The notes under the pieces were generated by a model. It did not search any database and was not told the DNA's origin. It was given only the letters and a program-made list of their open reading frames with translations. From an uncultured Gaiellaceae bacterium (GTDB lineage: Bacteria; Actinomycetota; Thermoleophilia; Gaiellales; Gaiellaceae): a DNA stretch of 64,000 nucleotides. Below are positions 26,082-34,992 of this stretch, piece by piece (positions within the stretch are counted from its first letter, which is position 1; each line of letters starts with the position of its first letter). Location of the stretch: assembly GCA_963730405.1 (NCBI GenBank), contig CAVSRW010000017.1:20955-84954 (forward strand). Reading direction: 5' to 3'. The position numbers and the translations under genes were made by a program.

Positions 26082-26456
26082 CTACGAAGTCGCGATCACC
26101 GACAGCTGGTCGGCGCTCGTGATGGCGATGTCCGGACTGAAGTCGCACGTCACGTCGACACCGCTGACGATCGAGCAATCGGTGTACGTCGTCGAGCCGC
26201 TGACGACCTTGGCCTTCGCCGTCGTCGCGTTCGCGCTCAGGGTGAAGGTGATCGAGTCGATGTTGCTCGGGGTCGTCGCGTTCAGCTGGTACTCCACGGC
26301 CGAGACCGTGTAGCCGCTGATTGTGCCGCTGCCCGAGCCGGCGCTCGAGTTCGGCACCGTGTTCGTCGCCGTGAAGGCGTAGGCGCCGGTGCCCAGCGCC
26401 ACGGCAACCACAACGGCGGCGAGGATGCGGCTGCGTCCGATGAGTGATCGCTGCAT
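26082..26456 (-). CDS. small secreted Thr/Ser-rich beta-type protein, putative cognate substrate of the adjacent SipW-like peptidase
   Basis: MQRSLIGRSRILAAVVVAVALGTGAYA-FTATNTVPNSS.. shares the ATN(T/A)VP motif with the RTX-like protein. GGAG SD lies upstream. Confidence 0.75.
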   Translation of the reverse strand: MQRSLIGRSRILAAVVVAVALGTGAYAFTATNTVPNSSAGSGSGTISGYTVSAVEYQLNATTPSNIDSITFTLSANATTAKAKVVSGSTTYTDCSIVSGVDVTCDFSPDIAITSADQLSVIATS

Positions 26457-26552
26457 GTCGTCTACTCCAGAATTGGGGAGGGGTCACGCGTTCTGGGTGG
26501 ACTTCGGCGGATTCCGGGGACGGACACTCCCCCGGACGGGGTACTTCGAGGG

Positions 26553-27881
26553 CTACGGCAGCACGCCGGGGAGCGCCTCGAGCACATCGCTCGCGACCAG
26601 TCCCCGCTGAGGCAGGCTGCGTGCAGCGAGCGCGTGCGCAACCGCGGCGGCCGCCGCCGCGAGCCGCGGCTCGATCCCCTTGGCCAGGAACGCCGCGACG
26701 ATCCCGGTCAGGACGTCGCCGGTGCCTGCGCTCGCGAGGCCGGGCGCCTCGGCGACCGAGACGAGCACGCCCTGTCCCGGCGCTGCCACGATCGTGTCCG
26801 CTCCCTTGAGCAGGCAGACGCAGCGGAACCGATCCGCACCACGCCGGGCCGCCTCGAGCCGGTGCGCGCCGACCCAGGCAGAGTCCTCGCCGAGGAGGCG
26901 GGCCAGCTCGCCCGCGTGCGGGGTGAGCACGGCCCGGGCACCCCAGTCGCCCGGCTCGAGCTCGTGGAGCGCGTCCGCGTCGAGCACGAGCGTGTGGTCG
27001 CCGGCGCCGAGCAGCTGCTCCCGGATCCGGGCCGCAGCTGCGTCCCGGCCGAGGCCCGGCCCGATCGCCAGCGTTCGCGCCTTGGCAGCCGCGTCGACCG
27101 CGTCCTCCCAGGAGACCTTCACCGCCTCGAGCAGCGTCGCCTCGAGCACCGGGAGCGACGGTTCGGGGACGGCGACGGCAACGTAGCCCGCGTCGGCCCG
27201 GAAAGCGGCCGCGGCGGCGAGGCGCGCAGCGCCGGTCAGGCCGGGCGCGCCTCCGGCGACGAGCACCGAGCCGGCGGTGTACTTGCTGTCCTCCGGCCGC
27301 TTGGCCGGGACGAGGGAGAGAACGGCCGGCGTGACCAACCGGTGCTCGGTCTCGAGCTCCGCGAGCCCGATGTCCGCGACGACGACCTCACCGGCGTGGA
27401 AGAGGCCGGGTGCGATCGTCAGCCCGAGCTTGCGGCCGTGGAAGCTCACCGTGAGCTCCGCGCGGACAGCGTCCGCCGCCACCTCGCCGTTCGAGGCGTC
27501 CACGCCGGACGGGACGTCGACCGCGACGACCGGCGCCTGGGCGGCGTTGATCCGGGCGATCGTCGCGGCGGCCTCGTCGCGGGGCTCGCCGTGGAAGCCG
27601 GTGCCGAACAGCGCGTCGACGATCACGTCGGCCTGCTCGACGGCCGTCGTCTCGACCGCGTCGCGCCCGGCCTCGCGCAGGATCCGCGCGGCGATGCGGC
27701 CGTCGCCGCCGTTCGAGCCGCCGCCGCAGACGACGGCGATCCGCCTCGCGTCGGGGTAGCGCTCGAGTACCTCTCGCGCGAGCGCCGCCCCTGCGCGCTC
27801 CATCAGCTCCCCGACGTCGTGACCTTGCTCCGCCGCGCGGGCCTCGTCCGCCGTGTAGAGCGGCTCAAACATCGCGGACAT
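26553..27881 (-). CDS. nnr: bifunctional NAD(P)H-hydrate repair enzyme (epimerase + ADP-dependent dehydratase)
   Basis: YjeF_N region VVCGGGSNGGDG and a C-terminal carbohydrate-kinase-like region ending GTGDVLTGIVAAFLA. Confidence 0.9.
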   Translation of the reverse strand: MSAMFEPLYTADEARAAEQGHDVGELMERAGAALAREVLERYPDARRIAVVCGGGSNGGDGRIAARILREAGRDAVETTAVEQADVIVDALFGTGFHGEPRDEAAATIARINAAQAPVVAVDVPSGVDASNGEVAADAVRAELTVSFHGRKLGLTIAPGLFHAGEVVVADIGLAELETEHRLVTPAVLSLVPAKRPEDSKYTAGSVLVAGGAPGLTGAARLAAAAAFRADAGYVAVAVPEPSLPVLEATLLEAVKVSWEDAVDAAAKARTLAIGPGLGRDAAAARIREQLLGAGDHTLVLDADALHELEPGDWGARAVLTPHAGELARLLGEDSAWVGAHRLEAARRGADRFRCVCLLKGADTIVAAPGQGVLVSVAEAPGLASAGTGDVLTGIVAAFLAKGIEPRLAAAAAAVAHALAARSLPQRGLVASDVLEALPGVLP

Positions 27882-27983
27882 TGCCGGCGAAGAGCGTTCG
27901 CGCGAGAACCGGTGTTGACTTTCGGTCAGCGACCGGGCCTACGTCGGCCGGCGGAGCCGGGCTTTGCCCGGCGGGAGCCGACG

Positions 27984-28415
27984 TCACCGCTCGTGCTCGA
28001 ACGAGCCGGAAGGAGGGGGCTCGCGGGGGAACCATGGGTTCTCCCGCGCTTGATCGGTGACGACGGCGACCGCGGAGGCGAGCTCGCGCGAGTGCGTCAT
28101 CGACAGGTCGATCGCCCCCGCGTCGACCTTCTCCGCCCAGGCCGCGACGCGGCCGGAGAGCCGTACCGACGGCTTCGGCCGCCCTGCGATCTCGATGTCC
28201 TTCCACGCGAACGCCCGCGCGACGCCGAAGCCGAGCGCCTTCCCGACCGCCTCCTTGCCCGCGAACCGGCCGGCGTAGCTCTGGGCCGGGTTCTTTCGCG
28301 AGTCGCAGTACGCCTGCTCGGCCGGCGTGAAGCAGCGGTCCTTGAAGCCCCGGTAGCGCTCGAGCGAACGGCGGACGCGCTCGATCTCGATCAGATCGAC
28401 GCCGACGCGGGTCAC
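27984..28415 (-). CDS. acpS: holo-[acyl-carrier-protein] synthase
   Basis: VGVDLIEIERV..FTPAEQAYC..RFAGKEAVGKALG..SMTHS. The GTG start overlaps the upstream stop (GTGA). It has a C-terminal tail about 25 aa longer than usual. Confidence 0.85.
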   Translation of the reverse strand: MTRVGVDLIEIERVRRSLERYRGFKDRCFTPAEQAYCDSRKNPAQSYAGRFAGKEAVGKALGFGVARAFAWKDIEIAGRPKPSVRLSGRVAAWAEKVDAGAIDLSMTHSRELASAVAVVTDQARENPWFPREPPPSGSFEHER

Positions 28416-29188
28416 AACGGGCGGTCGATCCAGTCCGGCACGTGCGCGATCGAGCTGAGGACGGCGTCCGGGACGATGGACGAGCGCTCGAGCGCCTCGG
28501 GGCGGAACTTGCCGGTGCGGAGGAGCAGCGTCTTCATCCCGAAGAGCTGGGCGCCGCGGACATCCTGCTCGAGGTCGTCGGTGACCATCCAGGTCAGCTC
28601 GGGCTCGGCGTCGAGCGCAGCGAGTGCGGCCGCGAAGCAGGCGGCGCTCGGCTTCCCGATCACCGTCGCCTCGACGCCGGTCGCGTACTCGAGCGCGGCG
28701 ACGAAGGCGCCGCCGTCGAGCATCGGCCCGCGCGCGGTCTGCCACCAGGGGTTCTTGTGCAGGCAGAAGAGGTCGGCCCCGGCCTGGATCTCCGAGAAAG
28801 CGCGGGCGAGGTTCATGTGGCTGAAGACCTGATTCGGCTCCGTCGTCTCGTCGCAGCCGCCGACGAGCACCGCGTCGGCCCCCTCGCCGACCAGGTCGAT
28901 GCCGGCCAGGTCCGGGACGATCGCCGACATCACGAGCCCGTAGACGCGCCTGCCGCCGAGCTGCTCGGCCGCGGCGATGGGCGTCGTCTGGAGCTCCGCG
29001 TCCTCGAGCTCGAGACCCATCCCGCGCAGCTCGTCCGCAAGCGCCGCGCGCGAGCGCGTCGAGTTGTTCGTGACGAAACGAAGCCGGTGCCCGACCTCGC
29101 GGAGGCGGGCAACCGCCTCCACTGCACCCGGGATCGGCTCGCCCGAGACGTGAAGGACGCCGTCGACGTCCAGCAGAATGGCGGCCAT
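28412..29188 (-). CDS. HAD-superfamily subfamily IIA hydrolase
   Basis: MAAILLDVDGVLH..RFVTNNS..GKP..TDDLEQDV(RG). Start set at ATG 29188 within track ORF 28412..29431. Confidence 0.85.
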   Translation of the reverse strand: MAAILLDVDGVLHVSGEPIPGAVEAVARLREVGHRLRFVTNNSTRSRAALADELRGMGLELEDAELQTTPIAAAEQLGGRRVYGLVMSAIVPDLAGIDLVGEGADAVLVGGCDETTEPNQVFSHMNLARAFSEIQAGADLFCLHKNPWWQTARGPMLDGGAFVAALEYATGVEATVIGKPSAACFAAALAALDAEPELTWMVTDDLEQDVRGAQLFGMKTLLLRTGKFRPEALERSSIVPDAVLSSIAHVPDWIDRPL

Positions 29189-29594
29189 GGAGCGGGATGC
29201 TATCCGGGTGACGCGCTCCGTCCTACTGCCTCTGGCGGAGATCGAGCTGCGCTTCTCCCGCTCGAGCGGGCCGGGCGGCCAGCACGCGAACACGGCCGAG
29301 ACCCGCGTCGAGGCGGTGCTCGACGTCGAGGCCTCGTCGGCGCTGACCGCCGCGCAGAAGAAGCGCGTCACCGCCAAGGCCGGCCCGGTCCTGCGCGCGG
29401 TCGCACAGGACGAGCGGAGCCAGCTCCGCAACCGCGAGCTCGCGGTCGATCGGCTCGCCGAGCAGCTGCGGCAGGCGCTGAAGGTCGAGCGGCGGCGGGT
29501 TGCGACGAAGCCGACCGCGGCCTCACGCGAGCGTCGCCTGGAGTCGAAACGGCGCCGGTCGCAGACGAAGAAGCTCCGGCGCCCGCCGGACTAG
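29178..29594 (+). CDS. arfB: alternative ribosome-rescue factor / peptidyl-tRNA hydrolase ArfB
   Basis: RFSRSSGPGGQHANTAETRV (GGQ motif) plus a basic C-terminal tail ..TKPTAASRERRLESKRRRSQTKKLRR. The start is 29178 or 29187, and either overlaps the divergent HAD start. Confidence 0.85.
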   Translation: MAAMERDAIRVTRSVLLPLAEIELRFSRSSGPGGQHANTAETRVEAVLDVEASSALTAAQKKRVTAKAGPVLRAVAQDERSQLRNRELAVDRLAEQLRQALKVERRRVATKPTAASRERRLESKRRRSQTKKLRRPPD

Positions 29595-29603
29595 ACTCGT
29601 TGC

Positions 29604-31043
29604 GTGGACGTGCTCCGGCTGGCGAGCCTGCTCGAGGAGCTGCCTCCCGAGCGGACGCGGCTGCTCGACAACCTCGGCCGACTCCGGCGCGAGGTCGGGC
29701 CGATCACGCCGGAGCTCTCGGACGCGCTCGCCGACCGGATGAACCTGCGCCGTGGCGACGTGCACGAGGTCGTCTCCTTCTACTCCTTCCTCCAGGTGCC
29801 GGTCGACGCCGTGCGGGTCTGCACGGGGCCCGTGTGCGACTGTGCAGGCTCGCGGGACCTGCTGAGCGACGGTGCCATCGAGGTGCCGTGCCTCGGCCAC
29901 TGCGACCTCGCGCCGGTCGTCCTGCACGGCGACGACGTCCTCGGCGGGGTCACGCACTCGACGAACGGCTTCCTGCTCGAGCCGGACGAGATCCGCGAGC
30001 CCGCGGCACTCGCGCCCGACGAGGTCGTCGCGCGGCTGGAGGCGTCCGGCCTGACGGGGATGGGCGGCGCAGGCTTCCCGACCTGGCGGAAGTGGGACGC
30101 GGTGCTTGGCGAGCCGGGGCCGCGCGTCGTGATCGTCAACGCCGACGAGGGCGAGCCGGGGACGATCAAGGACCGCTATGTGATGGAGCTGCGACCGCAG
30201 CTCCTCCTCGAAGGGCTCGAGGCGGCGATGCGCTTCTGCGAGACCGACGAGGCGTACATCTACCTCCGGGAGGAGTACGCGACGTCGCGCGAGCGGCTGC
30301 GCGAGGCGATCGCGGCCCGCGGCCTCCCCGTCCGGCTCGTCGTCGGCGCCGGGGCGTACATCTGCGGCGAGGAGACGGCCATGCTGGAGTCCATGGAGGG
30401 CCGCCGGGGGATGCCGCGCCTGCGTCCGCCGTTCCCGACCCAGTCCGGCTACCTCGGCCGGCCGACGCTGATCAACAACGTCGAGACGCTCGCGCACGTC
30501 GCCCTGATCCTCCGCGGCGGCTGGGAGCCGGTGCGGCTCTGGTCGGTCTCGGGCGCGGTCGGGAAGCCCGGCTGCTACGAGGCGCCGCTCGACGTGACAC
30601 TGCGAGGCCTGATCGACGGGTATGCCGGCGGCCTCACCGCCGAGCCCGGCGCCATCGTTCCCGGCGGCGCCGCCAGCGGCATCCTCCCGCCCTCAGCGCT
30701 GGACACGCCGCTGACGCGGGAAGCGCTCGCCGAGTGGGGCTGCGGCGTCGGCTCGGCGGCCGTCCAGGTCTTCCCGGCGGAGTACTCGCCCGTGCGGCTG
30801 CTCGCCGAGACGATGCGCTTCTTCGCCGAGGAGTCGTGCCAGAAGTGCACTCCTTGCCGGATCGGGAACCGCGCCCTGCACGCGGTCTTCGAGGGCGAGC
30901 GGACGATGTCGCGCGTCCGGACCGACGAGTGGCTCGACGCGATGGTGCTGACCTCGATCTGCGGGCTCGGCCAGGCCGCGCCGGTGCCGGTCCGGAACGC
31001 GCTCGCGCACTGGCCGGAGCTCTTCGAGAAGATGACCGCATGA
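29604..31043 (+). CDS. formate dehydrogenase diaphorase subunit, fused NuoE-like/NuoF-like (FdsB-type)
   Basis: The thioredoxin-like 2Fe-2S part has C..C..C..C (VCTGPVCDC..CLGHC). The NuoF part has GLTGMGGAGFPT, EGEPGT and ESCQKCTPCR. ATGA overlap with fdhA. Confidence 0.85.
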   Translation: MDVLRLASLLEELPPERTRLLDNLGRLRREVGPITPELSDALADRMNLRRGDVHEVVSFYSFLQVPVDAVRVCTGPVCDCAGSRDLLSDGAIEVPCLGHCDLAPVVLHGDDVLGGVTHSTNGFLLEPDEIREPAALAPDEVVARLEASGLTGMGGAGFPTWRKWDAVLGEPGPRVVIVNADEGEPGTIKDRYVMELRPQLLLEGLEAAMRFCETDEAYIYLREEYATSRERLREAIAARGLPVRLVVGAGAYICGEETAMLESMEGRRGMPRLRPPFPTQSGYLGRPTLINNVETLAHVALILRGGWEPVRLWSVSGAVGKPGCYEAPLDVTLRGLIDGYAGGLTAEPGAIVPGGAASGILPPSALDTPLTREALAEWGCGVGSAAVQVFPAEYSPVRLLAETMRFFAEESCQKCTPCRIGNRALHAVFEGERTMSRVRTDEWLDAMVLTSICGLGQAAPVPVRNALAHWPELFEKMTA

Positions 31044-33730
31044 TCGAGTTCACGCTCGACGGCAGGACCGCAACGGCCTCCGAGGGCGAGCTCCTCGTCC
31101 ACGCGGCGGCCCGGAACGGCGTCTTCATCCCGACCCTGTGCCACGACGACAAGCTGGCGCCGTACGGGGGCTGCCGGATGTGCGTGGTCGGCGTCGAGGG
31201 GGCACCGCGGCCGCTGCCGGCCTGCGCGACCCGTGTCGCCGACGGAATGGTCGTCTCCACGGACACGAACGTGCCGCAGCTGCGGAGGACGCTGACCGAG
31301 ATGCTCCTCTCCGAGCACCTGAACGCCGACCCGGGCGGGCGGCCCAACGAGCTGACCGATCTCGCCGCGGAGCTCGGCGCCGAGGCGCCGTTCCTGCTCC
31401 CGGACGCGAAGCGCGAGCCCTACGACGACCGGAACAAGCTGATGGGCTACGAGCCGGACACGTGCATCCTCTGCAACCGCTGCGTCCGCTACACGCAGGA
31501 GGTGATGCAGTGCTCCGCGCTCTCGCTCGAGGGGCGCGGTCCCGAGGCGCGCATCGTCCCCACCTGGGAGCGGAGCTGGCTCGACACCGAGTGCGAGCTC
31601 TGCGGCGGCTGCCTCTCGACGTGCCCGACCGGCGCGATCTACGAGAAGTTCCTCGAGGGCGCCGGCGTCGAGGAGCGCGCGCTCGAGCAGGTCAAGACGA
31701 CCTGCACCTTCTGCGGCGTCGGCTGCCAGCTCGACCTCAACGTCGACCCGGACACGAAGCGGATCGTGAAGGTGACCTCGAAGCCGGAGTACGTCTCGAA
31801 CGAGGGCAACCTCTGCGTGAAGGGGCGCTTCGCCTTCAATTTCGTCCACCACCCCGACCGCCTGACCGAGCCGCTCGTTCGGGGCGAAGACGGCGAGTTG
31901 CACCCGACGACCTGGGAGGACGCGCTCCAGGTCGCCGCCGACGGGCTGAAGGGGGTGATGGAGCGCCACTCGCCGCAGCATGTCGGCGTGCTCAGCTCGG
32001 CCCGGCTGACGAACGAGGAGAACTACCTGATCCAGAAGCTCGCCCGGACCGGCCTGCAGACGCACTCGGTCCACTCGTGCGAGGCCACCTGACACGCTCC
32101 GACCCTCTACGGCCTGGTCAGGTCGTTCGGCAGAGGCGCCTCCACCAACTCGATCCCGGAGATCGACAACGCCCGCTTCCTGCTCGTGATCGGCTCGAAC
32201 ACGACCGAGGCGCACCCGGTGCTGGCGTTGCGGATCAAGAAGGCGGTGCGGAACGGCGCAACCCTCGTCGTCGCCGACCCCCGCGCGATCTGGCTGACGA
32301 AGCTCGCGAAGCGGCACCTGCAGCTGCGACCCGGCTCCGACGTCTGGCTGCTGAACGCGCTCATGCACGTGATCCTCGAGGAGGGGCTGCAGGACGATGC
32401 CTACATCGCCGAGCACTGCGAGGACTTCGACGCGGTGCGCGATGTGGTCGCCCGCTACACCCCTGAGGACGCCGAACGGGTGACGGGCGTTCCGGCCGAG
32501 GCCATTCGGGACACGGCGCGCGAGTACGCGACCGAGCGGCACGCGGCGATCTTCTACACGCTCGGGATCACCGAGCACGCCTGCGGCGTCGACAACATCT
32601 GGTCGCTCGCGAACCTCGTCCTGATGACGGGCCACCTCGGCTACGAGTCGACGGGCCTGAACGCGCTGCGCGGCCAGAACAACGTCCAGGGCCTGAACGA
32701 CTCCGGCGCGAACCCGCACTACTTCCCCGGCTACCAGTCCTGGGACGACCCGGAGGTGCGCGAGAAGTTCGCAGCCGCCTGGGGCGTCGACCTGCCCGAG
32801 CGCGCCGGCTACCGGCTCGACCAGATGATGTCCGGGCTCCACGACGGCCGGATCAAGGCGCTCTACCTGGTCGGCGAGAACCCGGCGCAGACGGAGCCGA
32901 ACGCCCACCACGTCGAGGAGGGCCTCCGGCAGCTCGAGTTCCTCGTCGCGCAGGATCTCTTCCTGAACGAGACCTCGCGGCGGCACGCGGACGTCGTCCT
33001 GCCGGCATCGAGCTTCGCCGAGAAGGACGGCACGTTCACGAACACGGAGCGGCGGATCAACCGCGTCCGCGCCGCTGTGCCGCTCCCGGGGAACGCGCGC
33101 GGCGACCGGGAGATCGTGATCGCGCTGGCTCGCGCCCTCGGCTGCGACTGGCCCGAGTATCCCGACGCCGAATCGGTCTGGGACGAGCTCGCCGACCTCT
33201 CGCCGAACTGGTTCGGAGTCCGCTACCCGCGACTGGAGGAGCACGGGCTGCAGTGGCCGTGTCCGAACGAGGATCACCCGGGGACGCCGTTCCTGCATGC
33301 GCCGTCGCCGTCACGGCCGAACGGAAAGGGGAAGTTCCATCCGGTCGAGTACCAGCCGCCGATCGAGGAGCCGGACGCCGAGTTCCCGTTCGTCCTCTCC
33401 ACCGGCCGGACGCTCTACCACTACAACTCGGCGACGATGACCATGCGTGAGGACGGGATCACCGACAAGCAGGTCGAGCCCTTCTTCGAGATCGCGCCCG
33501 AGGACGCCTCGGCGCTCGGGGTGGCGGAAGGCGAGTGGGTACGGCTGGTCTCGCGCCGCGGCGACCTGCAGGCGCGCGCCCAGCTCTCCGATCGCGTCTA
33601 TCCCGGGCTCGTCTGGATGGCGCTCCACTTCGCAGAGGCGCGCGTGAACTGGCTCACGCACGATGTCGGCGACCCGCTGATCGGGACGCCCGAGTACAAG
33701 GTCTCGGCCGTGCGGCTCGAACGCGTGTGA
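31040..33730 (+). CDS. fdhA: formate dehydrogenase catalytic subunit, selenocysteine-containing (UGA at 32090-32092)
   Basis: A single frame joins the tail of track ORF 28442..32092 to 32186..33730. It has NuoG-like N-terminal Fe-S clusters, then ..HSVHSCEAT-U-HAPTLYGLVRSFGRGASTNS..LLVIGSNTTEAHPV.., a Mo/W-bisPGD fold. Confidence 0.92.
32109..32126 (+). other. SECIS hairpin of fdhA
   Basis: ACGGCCU-GGUC-AGGUCGU has 7 bp including one G-U pair. It starts 17 nt after the UGA and has a GGUC apical loop. Confidence 0.65.
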
Positions 33731-34425
33731 TCGGGTCGCCGCGCCGGCACGTGGAGGAGTGCGAGTCGACGCAGCTCCTGCTCGGGCCGGACGATCCGGA
33801 AGGGGCGATCGCGACGACCGACCACCAGACCGCCGGCCGCGGCCGTCGCGGCCGGAGCTGGGTCGAGGCGCCCGGGACGGCGGTGCTCGTGTCCGTTCTG
33901 CTGCGGCCGCCGCCGGAGCGCGTCGCGCCGCAACTCTCGCTCGTCGGGGGCCTCGCGGCGGCCATGGCGGCCGAGGACGCGCTCGGACTGGCGGCGCAGA
34001 TCAAGTGGCCGAACGACGTCATGGTGAACCGGCGGAAGATCGCAGGCGTGCTCGCCGAGGCGCGGGACGGGATCGTCGTACTCGGGATCGGGATCAACGT
34101 CAACCAGAAGCGCGAGCAGCTGCCGCTCGATGCGCGCGTGCCCGCCGCGTCCCTGCGGACGGTCGACGGCCGCGAGCGCGACCGGGAGCAGGTGCTCGAC
34201 CTGCTGCTCGCCCACCTCGACCGGCTCTACGGCGCGTGGCGGGAAGGCGGCCTCGACGCCGTCTACGAGGATCTCGGCGCACGCGACTTCCTCCGCGGCC
34301 GCCGGGTCACGGTCGACGGAGCCGCCGGCACGGCGCAGATGATCACGCGCGACGGCCGCCTCGCCGTCGAGACCGACTCAGGCCCGATCGAGGTCGAGAG
34401 CGGCGAGGTCGCGTTCGAGCGCTGA
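33727..34425 (+). CDS. birA: biotin--[acetyl-CoA-carboxylase] ligase (no N-terminal HTH)
   Basis: HQTAGRGRRGRSW..KWPNDV..KIAGVLAE. GTGA overlap with fdhA. The 3' end overlaps convergent mobA by 48 nt. Confidence 0.88.
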   Translation: MIGSPRRHVEECESTQLLLGPDDPEGAIATTDHQTAGRGRRGRSWVEAPGTAVLVSVLLRPPPERVAPQLSLVGGLAAAMAAEDALGLAAQIKWPNDVMVNRRKIAGVLAEARDGIVVLGIGINVNQKREQLPLDARVPAASLRTVDGRERDREQVLDLLLAHLDRLYGAWREGGLDAVYEDLGARDFLRGRRVTVDGAAGTAQMITRDGRLAVETDSGPIEVESGEVAFER

Positions 34426-34968
34426 CAGCTCCTCGGGCGTGTTCGCATTCGCGAGCAGCCGTGGGTCTGCGTCGACCCGGCGCGGGTTGACGCCGCGGAG
34501 CGACCAGTCGCCGGATGCCAGCCTCCGCTCGAGCTCCGGCAGATCGGTGCGGGCATAGGCGCCCGGCAGCGGCCCCGTCTGCGTGACGGCGCGACGCTCG
34601 GCCAGCTCTCGCAGCAGCGACGGCGTCACGAGCGGGCAGTCGACCGGGAGGAAGACGGCCATCTCGGTCGCAGCCGTCCGGAGCCCCGCGATCACGCCGA
34701 CGAGCGGTGCCCGGGGCTCGGCCGGCTCGACGGCGACGTCGAAGGGCAGCTCGAGGTCGCCCTTGCCGACCGCGAGCCTCTGCGGGAACGCCTCGCCGAG
34801 AATGCGCCAGGCGCGCTCCGCGAGCGTCTCGCCGGCGAAGAGCGCGAGCGCCTTCGGCGACCCGAAGCGCGTCGACGCGCCGCCGACGAGCAGCACCCCG
34901 GTGCAGGCCGAGACTTTGTGTTTCAGAAACACAAGCGTCCGCCCCGCGGCGGCCAACCGCATGACCAT
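34378..34968 (-). CDS. mobA: molybdenum cofactor guanylyltransferase
   Basis: GVLLVGGASTRFGSPKAL..PVDCPLV motifs. The start is uncertain: ATG 34968 or 34962 lie inside a hairpin, and GTG 34932 lies inside palindrome R3. Confidence 0.8.
   Translation of the reverse strand: MVMRLAAAGRTLVFLKHKVSACTGVLLVGGASTRFGSPKALALFAGETLAERAWRILGEAFPQRLAVGKGDLELPFDVAVEPAEPRAPLVGVIAGLRTAATEMAVFLPVDCPLVTPSLLRELAERRAVTQTGPLPGAYARTDLPELERRLASGDWSLRGVNPRRVDADPRLLANANTPEELSALERDLAALDLDRA
34916..34936. repeat. AT-rich perfect palindrome copy R3 (TTGTGTTTC-A-GAAACACAA-GC; left flank ct)
   Basis: Read directly. Lies in the mobA 5' region and translates as VFLKHK on the minus strand. Confidence 0.95.
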
Positions 34969-34986
34969 GCGGATCCGCGGAGCGGA
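34938..34986 (-). promoter_or_regulatory. nested GC-rich hairpin enclosing both candidate mobA ATG codons
   Basis: Outer stem TCCGCCCCGCGG / CCGCGGAGCGGA pairs at 11 of 12 positions. Inner stem is CCGCATG / CATGCGG. Both CATG arms are the ATGs at 34968 and 34962. Confidence 0.5.
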
Positions 34987-34992
34987 AGAGGC

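Noticed and set aside
27956-27972. Hairpin GCCGGGC-TTT-GCCCGGC 12 nt downstream of the acpS stop as an intrinsic terminator
   Set aside because: It has a 7-bp stem with a 3-nt loop and no U-tract on the transcribed (minus) strand. nnr follows in the same direction and may be co-transcribed. This is too weak to call.
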